The notes under the pieces are model-generated. The model did not search any database. It was not told where the DNA came from and worked only from the letters and a program-made list of their open reading frames with translations. Source: Bdellovibrionales bacterium (GTDB taxonomy: Bacteria > Bdellovibrionota > Bdellovibrionia > Bdellovibrionales > JAGQZY01). From it: a stretch of 64,000 nt of DNA. Each line of letters opens with the position of its first letter. The stretch's first letter is position 1. Positions 48,157 to 56,718 of this stretch are shown here, one piece after another. Position numbers and translations under genes: made by a program. Location: contig CAXRHT010000003.1 in NCBI GenBank assembly GCA_964230645.1, positions 192,001-256,000 on the forward strand. Direction: 5' to 3'.

Positions 48157-49018
48157 ATCGTCCCTTTTGTCTCTGTGGTCGCGGCTTTGGACGTGTTTTT
48201 GACTTAATTTTCTTAGGTGTTTTCTTAGCAGCCGGTTTCCTCGGTGCTTTTCTGCGGTTTAGAACGTTATCCACCGTGGCATTGGGTAGCTCATTGGTAA
48301 TACGATCATTAGGATTACGTAAAACCGTATAAATAGGTAGATCTTGCGAGACCAAATAATAAATGTTCTGAGCTTCGTTTGGTGTCACCTCAACGGTAAT
48401 GGATTCATAGTCGTTTTGTACACGTAGGTTTCTAATTTCATAGTCCTCTTTGTCCCCTTGAATGACCTGAATAGGCAAGTTGTCCACGATACTTTGGCCC
48501 GTAGCGAGTACTGGAACGTTTTGTATAAGAGTTTTCATCTTACGAACCTTATCCACACCCTTTCCGTCATCAACGGGAACAATAATGTCGACTCTGTCTC
48601 CAGGTTTCACAAGTTTGGCCACACCTTGAACTTCATTAACAGGATATGTCGCGGCTCTTTTTCCAGGGGAAACTTGCATAGAAAGACCGGTACTTTTATC
48701 CGGGAATACCAGTTTGGTGTTCAAGATCTGTTCACCTTTGCTTATTGGAGCGAGTGCGATCTGTCCTACAATTTCGCTTGGGTTCTGAATGGCGGCTGGT
48801 TGAATGAAATCAGCGGGCTTTTCCACCACCTCCATTTTAGATTCATCGATAATCTCCATTTCTCGAATATCTTCCCTGGCGATCACAACAGTTTTGGTTT
48901 GTCCGAATTTACGGGCCATGGTCGCTCTTTTATCTTGCGCCCATCCATAAAGAAGAATGACAGCAAAAACAGCGGCTGCAATAGAGATCCATAATGTTCG
49001 AGTTTCATTTTGTTGCAT
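48143..49018 (-). CDS. cpaB: Flp pilus assembly protein CpaB/RcpC
   Basis: SAF domain VVIAREDI...GEQI; GKRA, GVAKLVKPGDRVDII, QNVPVLATG, TVEVTPNEAQ, LRNP. Confidence 0.93.
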   Translation of the reverse strand: MQQNETRTLWISIAAAVFAVILLYGWAQDKRATMARKFGQTKTVVIAREDIREMEIIDESKMEVVEKPADFIQPAAIQNPSEIVGQIALAPISKGEQILNTKLVFPDKSTGLSMQVSPGKRAATYPVNEVQGVAKLVKPGDRVDIIVPVDDGKGVDKVRKMKTLIQNVPVLATGQSIVDNLPIQVIQGDKEDYEIRNLRVQNDYESITVEVTPNEAQNIYYLVSQDLPIYTVLRNPNDRITNELPNATVDNVLNRRKAPRKPAAKKTPKKIKSKTRPKPRPQRQKGRYEKL

Positions 49019-49019
49019 C

Positions 49020-49511
49020 TTATCCCCCGCACTCGCTACTTAAGCAAAGTCCATACATTGTTAGAATCCAAACCGGATTCACTGCTACAGAAGTATTTCT
49101 GGAATTGGCCGGTACTCTTTCATTAATATCTCCATTATGCACAGAGGGCTGCCGGCCTTTTTCATCCAATTCAAGACCCATTGAAATAGGTCGTTCTGTT
49201 GCAATTTGTTTTGTCGCCCCCATCTGAGAGTCTGTGTTCACACTATGTAATCTCGTGTGGCGATTGTAATAGTGAATGACGTTTGAAGCGTGATTTGAAC
49301 GAAAGTACATCACATTGGATCGATGCCTAAAAGTTTCGAAGGCATAAGTCCTTGAATGAATATTGTGTAATAGAGCTGTATGAACTATGCCGAAAAAACC
49401 AAAAGTATAATAAAGCATAGATACGAACAGAACCATGAGAACTGTGGCTTCGATGCTTGCGAACCCTTTGTTATTTTTTAGAATGTTATTTTTATTTTGA
49501 TTATTTTTCAT
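49020..49511 (-). CDS. TadE-like pseudopilin
   Basis: KNNKG|FASIEATVLMVLF class III signal. Confidence 0.8.
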   Translation of the reverse strand: MKNNQNKNNILKNNKGFASIEATVLMVLFVSMLYYTFGFFGIVHTALLHNIHSRTYAFETFRHRSNVMYFRSNHASNVIHYYNRHTRLHSVNTDSQMGATKQIATERPISMGLELDEKGRQPSVHNGDINERVPANSRNTSVAVNPVWILTMYGLCLSSECGG

Positions 49512-49512
49512 T

Positions 49513-50088
49513 TCAACACCCATTGTCCATTTGAACGACAAAGGCATCAGGATCGACTTGAAAGCTTCCAAGGTTTTGGAATTTCTGAGCTCTTTGATCC
49601 ATAAACTCTTTGCATTCTTTGAAGGTGGGCTCTCTAGCTAAAAAGCTCTGAATATTGGCATTAAACCCATCGGGATCAGTTCCCGTTGTACCAATGAGTG
49701 GTATTCTTTTATAAAGAATGGGTGCGCCAAACTGAATTCTGGCTCCAATAAAATTTTCGTCATCACTTTCGGGGCTGTATTCGTCATTAAAATCTGAGAT
49801 TTCTACATCTTCTGTCTTAAACCATCCATTCTCAAAAAGGGGACGGACCGCTGGATCGGAAATCAGTTCCTGGAACTTTTCCTCGCCTCTGCGGCGCTGT
49901 TCATCCTCATCAAGATGTGCCAAAGAATAATTCCTTGCCGTTGAAAAAGAAATGTATTGGACAACCTCTGCTACAGAGAGAGTTATTCCAAAACTGAAAA
50001 TAATGGCGGAAAAGCCAAAAACAATCATGCTTGCAAAAATGAAGTCAAGAGTGAGAATACCACGATTGTTGCCTAGACACTTTTTCAT
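49513..50088 (-). CDS. TadE/TadF-like pseudopilin
   Basis: NNRG|ILTLDFIF hydrophobic helix...FSTAR. Confidence 0.75.
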   Translation of the reverse strand: MKKCLGNNRGILTLDFIFASMIVFGFSAIIFSFGITLSVAEVVQYISFSTARNYSLAHLDEDEQRRRGEEKFQELISDPAVRPLFENGWFKTEDVEISDFNDEYSPESDDENFIGARIQFGAPILYKRIPLIGTTGTDPDGFNANIQSFLAREPTFKECKEFMDQRAQKFQNLGSFQVDPDAFVVQMDNGC

Positions 50089-50330
50089 AGGTTATCTCCT
50101 CGGGGAGACCCGTGTCTTCTTAGGTGATTTGGGTGCATAGTCATTCCCTTTTTGGGAGGAGCCCAAATACCATTTTGCATCATGCCCGCTAAGTGCTGCC
50201 AAGGTCTTTCAACCAGTTTCGCCAGATATTGACCATCACTGAGAACTTTCGTCGCTGCATAGGCCGTACTAAAAAGAATAACTAAAACTAAAACGGCTTC
50301 GACTGTGATTTGTCCGGAGTTCTTCTTCAT
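50085..50330 (-). CDS. Small pseudopilin-like protein
   Basis: KNSG|QITVEAVLVLVIL. Confidence 0.8.
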   Translation of the reverse strand: MKKNSGQITVEAVLVLVILFSTAYAATKVLSDGQYLAKLVERPWQHLAGMMQNGIWAPPKKGMTMHPNHLRRHGSPRGDNL

Positions 50331-50812
50331 AGAATCCCCCCGTAGACGCTATAGGTCAGCCAAGCAAAAAGTATGGCTACTGTGTAGGGAATTTTATTAG
50401 GTTTATGAGGCTGTACGCGCACAGACATAAGCTTCAAGTTACCCAATAACTGAGAAATGCGACCCGCTAGTAGCGCTTGGAGGACACCGATCGCGGCTCC
50501 CCAAAACAAGGCATAAAGAAAAATTTCAAACACTTTAATTGGTCCCATTAATATCCCAAAACACATCATAAATTTCATATCTCCCGCTCCAATGGCATTC
50601 ATCAGAACAAGAGGAAGCATCAATAACCCACCCACGACAAAGCCACCGAAGGCTTGGAAAAGGGTTAGGGTTCCGGTTAAAATAACAAACAGAAATCCAA
50701 TGAGAGTGAGGCTTAAAAAGATCCAATTGTGGAACTTTTTAAACCAAAGATCGTCTATAACGGCGATCGCTAAATAAGCCATTGAGCAAATTGCTGTGGC
50801 CGTCAGGTTCAT
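50327..50812 (-). CDS. cpaA: Prepilin peptidase CpaA/TadV (A24 family)
   Basis: AVIDDL...N, IGAGDMKFM, IPYTVAI; multi-TM. Confidence 0.9.
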   Translation of the reverse strand: MNLTATAICSMAYLAIAVIDDLWFKKFHNWIFLSLTLIGFLFVILTGTLTLFQAFGGFVVGGLLMLPLVLMNAIGAGDMKFMMCFGILMGPIKVFEIFLYALFWGAAIGVLQALLAGRISQLLGNLKLMSVRVQPHKPNKIPYTVAILFAWLTYSVYGGIL

Positions 50813-51030
50813 TATGGACTCCCTAAGGGAGGTGCTCCATTTGGTTTGCCCCAAGCCTCTGGTCCATTTTCAAAATTAAAACGGTTTCCAAAGGTGATGT
50901 TTTTCTCCACGCGAGCACCAAGCTTTGGTGCGGCTTCTTCAAAAACTTTTCTCGGTCCTTTATCACCAAGAAAGGCTCCCCCAAGTATGAACGCAAATAG
51001 TCCCAATAAAAGAATGAGTTCTGTTGTCAT
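50812..51030 (-). CDS. Small pilin-like protein with no visible leader peptide
   Basis: MTTELILLLGLFAFILGG; lies between flp and cpaA; stop overlaps the cpaA ATG. Confidence 0.7.
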   Translation of the reverse strand: MTTELILLLGLFAFILGGAFLGDKGPRKVFEEAAPKLGARVEKNITFGNRFNFENGPEAWGKPNGAPPLGSP

Positions 51031-51054
51031 TCTCTAACACGCCTTTCTCAACAG

Positions 51055-51228
51055 TTATTCAAAACTATTGATATCAGATCCAAGCTTAGTTACTTTTCCT
51101 TGGATAATTTCTTTGATTTGATTTTTAAAAAGCATCGCAATTGAAACAACCACAACGAGCATCAATATATATTCAGTCGCTCCCTGAGCCGATTCGTCTT
51201 GCCAAAGTTTTTTAAGAGTCTTTTTCAT
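51055..51228 (-). CDS. flp: Flp family type IVb major pilin
   Basis: LWQDESA|QGATEYILMLVVVV; GGGGGA RBS. Confidence 0.92.
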   Translation of the reverse strand: MKKTLKKLWQDESAQGATEYILMLVVVVSIAMLFKNQIKEIIQGKVTKLGSDINSFE

Positions 51229-51267
51229 CGGGTCCCCCTTTTTTAGGTTCATTAGTTCTCTAGTCAA

Positions 51268-51295
51268 TTATCGGTCTAAAGACTGAGAAACATTA
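51268..51295 (-). promoter_or_regulatory. Putative sigma28 (FliA)-type promoter of flp
   Basis: Minus strand TAATGTTT-N12-ACCGATAA about 40 nt upstream of the flp ATG. Confidence 0.6.
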
Positions 51296-51387
51296 GACAA
51301 ACTATAGTCTAGAACCTTTCCCAAATCCTAAAACGATATGTTCTATTTTATCATATTTGGGAGAGTGAAATGGATTTCTCAATGTTC

Positions 51388-51406
51388 GTGTATCAACCTG
51401 ATACAC
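51388..51406. promoter_or_regulatory. Palindromic operator-like site upstream of flp
   Basis: GTGTATCA-acc-TGATACAC, a perfect 8-bp inverted repeat. Confidence 0.45.
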
Positions 51407-51503
51407 TCAGCCTGTTTATATTCTTTACTCTTGTTCAGTCTCCCAAAAGCTTGGAAAGACGAGGGTGTCCTTTTGATACAATGATCGATTGAAATCCAAA
51501 GAA

Positions 51504-52316
51504 TTAAAAGTTTTCAGACCGATTAAGTTTCCAATCATAATCGATGTAGTCGATATCATTTGTGCTCTTTACAGCCTTCAAGAGATTTTTATTTTTAATC
51601 GCCTTGTAAATAAATTTCCTCACGCTTCCAGAGGCCTCTTTGAAGTCGTCCCGATACCATTTAAAAAGATGGGTGAGATGTAGTTCTTTACCCTTTACTT
51701 CAAGATGACGGGGAGTGTGCATGGCTTTTTCTAAGTTTTCGTCCAAGGTTTTATCCAGAGTTTTCGCCTTGTAGACCTCTTTGATAAGAGGGGGGCAACC
51801 TACAGACGCGCAGTTAACAGCAAAATGCACGCGTGCATCTTTCCATCCTTTTTCTCTATATTCTGTTCCTAATAAGGTTTCTTTTTCAATTTGATCAAGG
51901 GAATAATTTTTCCCACCCACTTTGTTGATTTCTTTCTTAAAAACCTTGTATGGGTTAAAGAAAGAGCCAAAGTCTTTTACGCTGTCTATATTAAGTTTGT
52001 TTCCGTCAAAGCCTTCAGTAAGGATGATGTTGATCATAAAAAAATTGTAAGCATTAATCCAAAAGGCAAGAGCTTCGTTTTTGCTATCGAGGCTATCAAC
52101 TTTAAAATTTTGAAGTTCGGTAACTTGATTTTTGCGAAGCTTTTCTGTTTCCGGATTTTTCTTAGCTCCTTCGTAGTCAAAAGACGTTTCAAGTCCTCCG
52201 CCATTAAGTTCTTTTACAGAAAGGTGTTTATTTAAAATCTTTTGAAAGGGATCAAATGTTGTGCCAAGAGAATTGACCGACCAAAAGATTAAAGTGAAAA
52301 GTAAAAGAAACCGCAT
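51504..52316 (-). CDS. DUF547 domain exported protein
   Basis: LAFWINAYN, SLDQIE, DARVHFAVNCASVGCPPL, LFKWYRDDF, YDWKLN. Confidence 0.9.
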   Translation of the reverse strand: MRFLLLFTLIFWSVNSLGTTFDPFQKILNKHLSVKELNGGGLETSFDYEGAKKNPETEKLRKNQVTELQNFKVDSLDSKNEALAFWINAYNFFMINIILTEGFDGNKLNIDSVKDFGSFFNPYKVFKKEINKVGGKNYSLDQIEKETLLGTEYREKGWKDARVHFAVNCASVGCPPLIKEVYKAKTLDKTLDENLEKAMHTPRHLEVKGKELHLTHLFKWYRDDFKEASGSVRKFIYKAIKNKNLLKAVKSTNDIDYIDYDWKLNRSENF

Positions 52317-52333
52317 AGACTCCCCTGATTGAG

Positions 52334-53440
52334 TTAATTCTTATCGTAAGATGTTGGCTTGCAGTCCAACATTTTTTGTCGATATCGTTCCTGCCATTTT
52401 TGTTCTTTCTTTAATAAGCCTGAGGCGCGACGGAACTCTTGATGAAGGTGTTGAGAAACCTCACAATGTTTAACAAAAGCGTTTAGAGCCTCTCCGTATT
52501 TATTCAGTTCAAAAGCTGTTTTAGCTAAGCCAAGATAATCTCTTGCTTGGGCATCGGGATGTTGGCTAGCCTGTTTAAAGAAATTGTAAGCCTGACTAAT
52601 GTCTTTACTTTGATAATAGGAGTCAGCCGCTGCCCACAGCGCTTCTTCTGACGAAGAAAACTTTTTACCCACACTAGCAAGCATTCGCTTGCCTTTTTTT
52701 TCCTCACCTTGGTTCATATGGTTTTGCCCGAGATAGATATAGTTACTCGGGTTCTTAGGATCTTTTTTCATGGCCTCTGTGCAGGCCGTCTTAGTTCCAT
52801 CAGTATAACCAGCGAGGTAGTTTATTTTACAAAGCAAGGAGTAGTGTCTTGGTTCTAGGTTGACCTTATTGGCTTTCATATCTTCGAAAATTCTTAAAGC
52901 ATCGTGTGAGTAGTGAGGAAGGTAAATCTCAGCCATCTCCAACCATGAATCGTAAATGGCCACGGATTGCGGATGGGCCTCTTTAGCTCTCTTCAATGTC
53001 GAAAATAAACTGTCAATATAAGGCTTTTGCTTAGCTGGGGTTTCATAGGAATCTATGATTTCGGAGTAGATTTTGGCGGCTAATAAAAAATGCCTACTTT
53101 TTACTTTGTCATCACTTAATAAGATGTTTACTAAACCTTCGGAATCTCGAGCCCGTCTCAACTTGAGATAACTCTGGCTCAATTTATAAATATCGGAGTC
53201 TCCCAGCTTTTCCGCTATTGGGCCTAGGTATTTTGCTGTATTGAACCAATCTTCTTTGCCGTAGTAGTGGTGGGCAAGGAAGAGTCTTGAACGAACATTG
53301 GTTGGGTCTTTTGCCACATTAGCCTTTAAAGCCTTGATTTCACTATCTTTTAGAGGGCGACCAAGGCTAGCGGGTAGGTTTTGTGGTAGCGCAAAAGTAA
53401 CCAAAAATAGAATTATAAAAATCGTTCTAATTTGATTCAT
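52334..53440 (-). CDS. Exported tetratricopeptide-repeat protein
   Basis: Signal peptide; multiple TPR-like helical pairs (DPKNPSNYIYLG, YLGLAKTAFELNKYGEA). Confidence 0.8.
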   Translation of the reverse strand: MNQIRTIFIILFLVTFALPQNLPASLGRPLKDSEIKALKANVAKDPTNVRSRLFLAHHYYGKEDWFNTAKYLGPIAEKLGDSDIYKLSQSYLKLRRARDSEGLVNILLSDDKVKSRHFLLAAKIYSEIIDSYETPAKQKPYIDSLFSTLKRAKEAHPQSVAIYDSWLEMAEIYLPHYSHDALRIFEDMKANKVNLEPRHYSLLCKINYLAGYTDGTKTACTEAMKKDPKNPSNYIYLGQNHMNQGEEKKGKRMLASVGKKFSSSEEALWAAADSYYQSKDISQAYNFFKQASQHPDAQARDYLGLAKTAFELNKYGEALNAFVKHCEVSQHLHQEFRRASGLLKKEQKWQERYRQKMLDCKPTSYDKN

Positions 53441-53473
53441 CAAATAAAAATTCCTTCCGATAAGTAATCACCT

Positions 53474-54394
53474 ATGTATTTATCGGAAGGTTTTAAAAAA
53501 ATATTTGCTCAACTTAGGTCCAAAGCTGGTCAATCGGGTCAGGCGGTTCTGGAGTATATTCTTGTATTGGTCATTACCGTCTCAATCATACTCGGTATTA
53601 TGCACCAATTTAGTGATGCTTTTGGTGGTTTTTTAGATAAATACTTTGGGGATTATATTGCCTGTCTTCTAGAGACAGGGGAGCTACCCGCGTTAGGTGG
53701 GAGTGGCGCCAGTGAAGCCCTTTGCCAGTCTCCCATGCAGGACTTTGATATTTCAGCAGGTAAAGCTTTAGTCCAGTCAGGGAATAATGGTAGTGGCTCT
53801 AGTGGGGACGGTGGTGGTAGTGGAAACGACACTTCCTCATCAGGTTCTGATTCTGGGGGGTCGGATTCAGACTCGAGCGGCTCAAACAATAGAAACCTAA
53901 GACCCAATCGCGTAGGAAATGGTGCTGGCTCTTCTAACGCCGATGGCCTTTCCGCAAACGCGCAAAAGGGGCGTCCTGGTCAATTCAAGCAAAAGCTTAA
54001 TAGTGGAGGGCCGGGGCAGAATAAAAACAAAAATGTCGGCTTTGGTGAGAGTGGTGGTCAAATCGGCGGTCCCGGCGGAAAAACCTTTCGCAGCAAGCGT
54101 ATCATCATTCTTGGGGAGTCCTATCTTTCTGATGACGAAAAAAAGAAAAAGAAAATGGCAAGCTCCAGTGAGACCAAGGAAAAGAAAGGTAGTAATAGTG
54201 ATGTTTTGCGGACTCCTGTTCAAAAACTTGAGATCAAGAAAAGTCGTCATATAACCTCCGAGGACAACTCTAAAGGATTTAACTTTGGGTTCTTCATCAA
54301 GTTCCTGTTAATTGCTGGTATCATCATAGCCATCGTCATTTTCCTTGGCGGACAAGGGCTGCAAATTAAAAAAAGTTGGCAAAAATCAGAATAG
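53474..54394 (+). CDS. Pilin-like N-terminal domain, Gly/Ser-rich linker and C-terminal TM
   Basis: QSG|QAVLEYILVLVI; C...C pair; GS-rich linker; C-terminal hydrophobic helix. Confidence 0.75.
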   Translation: MYLSEGFKKIFAQLRSKAGQSGQAVLEYILVLVITVSIILGIMHQFSDAFGGFLDKYFGDYIACLLETGELPALGGSGASEALCQSPMQDFDISAGKALVQSGNNGSGSSGDGGGSGNDTSSSGSDSGGSDSDSSGSNNRNLRPNRVGNGAGSSNADGLSANAQKGRPGQFKQKLNSGGPGQNKNKNVGFGESGGQIGGPGGKTFRSKRIIILGESYLSDDEKKKKKMASSSETKEKKGSNSDVLRTPVQKLEIKKSRHITSEDNSKGFNFGFFIKFLLIAGIIIAIVIFLGGQGLQIKKSWQKSE

Positions 54395-54410
54395 ACGTTA
54401 AGACTTCTCT

Positions 54411-56012
54411 ATGCGTATTGCCTTAGCCCAAATGAATTCGTGCCTGGGAGACTTCCAAGCCAATCGTGATAAGATATTACAACTGGCCAGAGACGCGGCG
54501 GAAAAGCGTTGTGACCTCGTCGTGTTTCCAGAGCTTTCAACTTTGGGCTACCATCCCTTCGATTTAATGGAACGTCCCAGTGTTATTGAGCAACAAAAAA
54601 CCATTATTGATGACTTAACAAAAAATCTACCCAAAGAGATTCATTGTTTAGTTGGAGCTGTCACTCTCAACAATGGCAAAGGCAAACCCTATTTCAATTC
54701 GGCCCTCCTCATCCATGAAGGTGAAATCAAAAAAACTTTCAGCAAAGAGTTGTTACCTGTTTATGATGTATTTGATGACAGCCGCCACTTCTCGCCAGGA
54801 GACATGTCCCGTAATCACTTTGAGATCAATGGTAAGTCCGTTCAGGTTTTGATTTGTGAGGATATGTGGGGATGGGATGAGCTGCACGAGCGCAACCCTA
54901 TTTTAGAATTAAAACCAAGTAACATCGATTTTGTGGTCAACTTAAGCGCTTCTCCTTTTACTATGGACAAAAGGCAGCAACGCTTAAAGCATGCCCAGAG
55001 CACGGCTCATCTTTTGGAAGCCCCCTTAGCCTATGTTAATATGGTAGGGGCCCAAGACGAGCTTATTTATGATGGTGGGTCATTTGCCATTGATTCCAAA
55101 GGTGAGCTTCTTGCACAAAGTGCCTACTACGTTGAGGATCTCAACGTCATTGATTACAATGAGCGTGTCGGTGGACACAGAGAGATGCCACGGGATAATA
55201 CCGCTTTTCTTCATCAAGCTTTGGTCTTAGGAGTTCGAGATTTCATTCAAAAAATCGGAATGAAAAAAGCGCATATAGGTCTTAGTGGTGGAATCGATTC
55301 AGCACTAGTGGCTTGTTTGGTGGCCGATGCCATAGGTCCACAAAACCTTACAACCGTCGCGATGCCCACCCAGTTCAATCAACCGATGAGCTTAGAATTG
55401 GCTAAGAATCTTGCTAAAAACTTAGGTTGTCATTTTTACGAACTACCTATTCAAGAGAGTTATGAAACACTGGTAAAAACTTTCGAAACTTGTTTTGGTG
55501 CGAAAGAGTTTTCATTAATGAATGAAAACATGCAATCTCGCTTGCGCGGATTGTTTCTCATGGCATTTTCTAATAGAGAAGGCAGCCTCTTAATCAACAC
55601 GAGTAATAAAAGTGAATTTGCTGCTGGTTACTCGACGCTCTATGGAGATATGTGTGGTGGGCTTGCACCTATTGGTGATCTTTTAAAGCATCAAATCTAT
55701 GAGCTAAGTCGTTACTACAATAAGGAAAGAGAGTTAATTCCCGAAGGCATTATCCAACGCGAACCCAGTGCGGAGTTGAACTACGATCAAAAGGATTCAG
55801 ACTCACTTCCCGATTATGATGAACTCGATGAAGTGGTTGAGAAATTAGTCAACCGTCGCCAAAAAGCCGAAAATAAAACAGAAGAGTGGGTTCTTAATCG
55901 ACTCTATTGGTCTGAGTTTAAACGATGGCAGAGTCCACCCATTTTAAAGGTGTCTGATCACGCCTTCGGCCAAGGCCGTCGAATGCCGATCGCCCATAAG
56001 GCACGTTCCTGA
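54411..56012 (+). CDS. nadE: Glutamine-dependent NAD+ synthetase
   Basis: Nitrilase domain (FPEL, K.LLP.YDVFD, ICEDMW, SASPF) plus SGGIDS, ENMQSRLRG, NKSE..GYSTLYGD, PSAEL. Confidence 0.96.
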   Translation: MRIALAQMNSCLGDFQANRDKILQLARDAAEKRCDLVVFPELSTLGYHPFDLMERPSVIEQQKTIIDDLTKNLPKEIHCLVGAVTLNNGKGKPYFNSALLIHEGEIKKTFSKELLPVYDVFDDSRHFSPGDMSRNHFEINGKSVQVLICEDMWGWDELHERNPILELKPSNIDFVVNLSASPFTMDKRQQRLKHAQSTAHLLEAPLAYVNMVGAQDELIYDGGSFAIDSKGELLAQSAYYVEDLNVIDYNERVGGHREMPRDNTAFLHQALVLGVRDFIQKIGMKKAHIGLSGGIDSALVACLVADAIGPQNLTTVAMPTQFNQPMSLELAKNLAKNLGCHFYELPIQESYETLVKTFETCFGAKEFSLMNENMQSRLRGLFLMAFSNREGSLLINTSNKSEFAAGYSTLYGDMCGGLAPIGDLLKHQIYELSRYYNKERELIPEGIIQREPSAELNYDQKDSDSLPDYDELDEVVEKLVNRRQKAENKTEEWVLNRLYWSEFKRWQSPPILKVSDHAFGQGRRMPIAHKARS

Positions 56013-56056
56013 AAACTCACGACTAAAATCAACATTTTGAGCAAATTGGCGTTCTA

Positions 56057-56300
56057 TTGTCATTCCGAGCATTTTCTTTGTCTTCCTGAGTGTATTCTTT
56101 GTCATCCTGAGCGAATTCTTTGTCATTGTGAGTGTATTCTTTGTCATTCTGAGCGAAGCGAAGAATCTATAGCCACTGAGTTCACACGACAAATCAAAGT
56201 CCTCGGCAATAGATCCTTCGCTACGCTCAGGATGACTGGGAGGAATGAAAATTCGCTCAGGATGACTGGGAGGAATGACAATTCGCTCAGAATGAAAAAT
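56057..56300. repeat. REP-like cluster: 21-bp tandem half-units, an inverted full-unit pair, and 30-bp tandem units
   Basis: ttgtca[t/c]..tgagcg-type 21-mers x4 (56057-56140); gtcattctgagcgaagcgaagaatct / agatccttcgctacgctcaggatgac pair; cgctcaggatgactgggaggaatga[a/c]aatt x2 plus a partial copy. Confidence 0.92.
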
Positions 56301-56584
56301 TACTCGTAGGGAAGCTTGAATGAAAAATCTTTATTGGGCTCCATTTGGCAGGCCAATCTTTCTTCCGGTCCAAAGCCACGATCATCGGCCATTTCTTGTT
56401 CCAAATGATTTCTTTCTGGTAGCTCTTCTGTGGGACTGGTAATAATCACTCGGCAGGTTCCGCAACTCGCCATACCTTCACAAGAATGGGAAAGAGGGAT
56501 CTTGCTTCTCTTGCAGGCTTGGAGGAAGCTTTCCCCTTGTTTAATTTCTAAGCAAATGTCTTCTGTGACGTAGTGAGCTTTCAT
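56300..56584 (-). CDS. 2Fe-2S ferredoxin
   Basis: CEGMASCGTCRV...RLACQ. Confidence 0.93.
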   Translation of the reverse strand: MKAHYVTEDICLEIKQGESFLQACKRSKIPLSHSCEGMASCGTCRVIITSPTEELPERNHLEQEMADDRGFGPEERLACQMEPNKDFSFKLPYE

Positions 56585-56718
56585 AGGAATAAGTTATTTC
56601 AACAATTTAGAATGCCAAAGTCAAAAAACAAAGGGATTCTTGATTCCGTTTTGGATCAGTGGTTAAGATAGGAATCTATCGGTGGGCTGCTAGAGTGGGG
56701 CCTTTCAAGGGAGAGACC

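Noticed and set aside
56057..56300. Possible CRISPR array
   Set aside because: Contiguous degenerate tandem units in two orientations, with no spacers.
55944..56309. ORFs with LRMT repeats
   Set aside because: Translations of the REP-like tandem repeats, not plausible genes.
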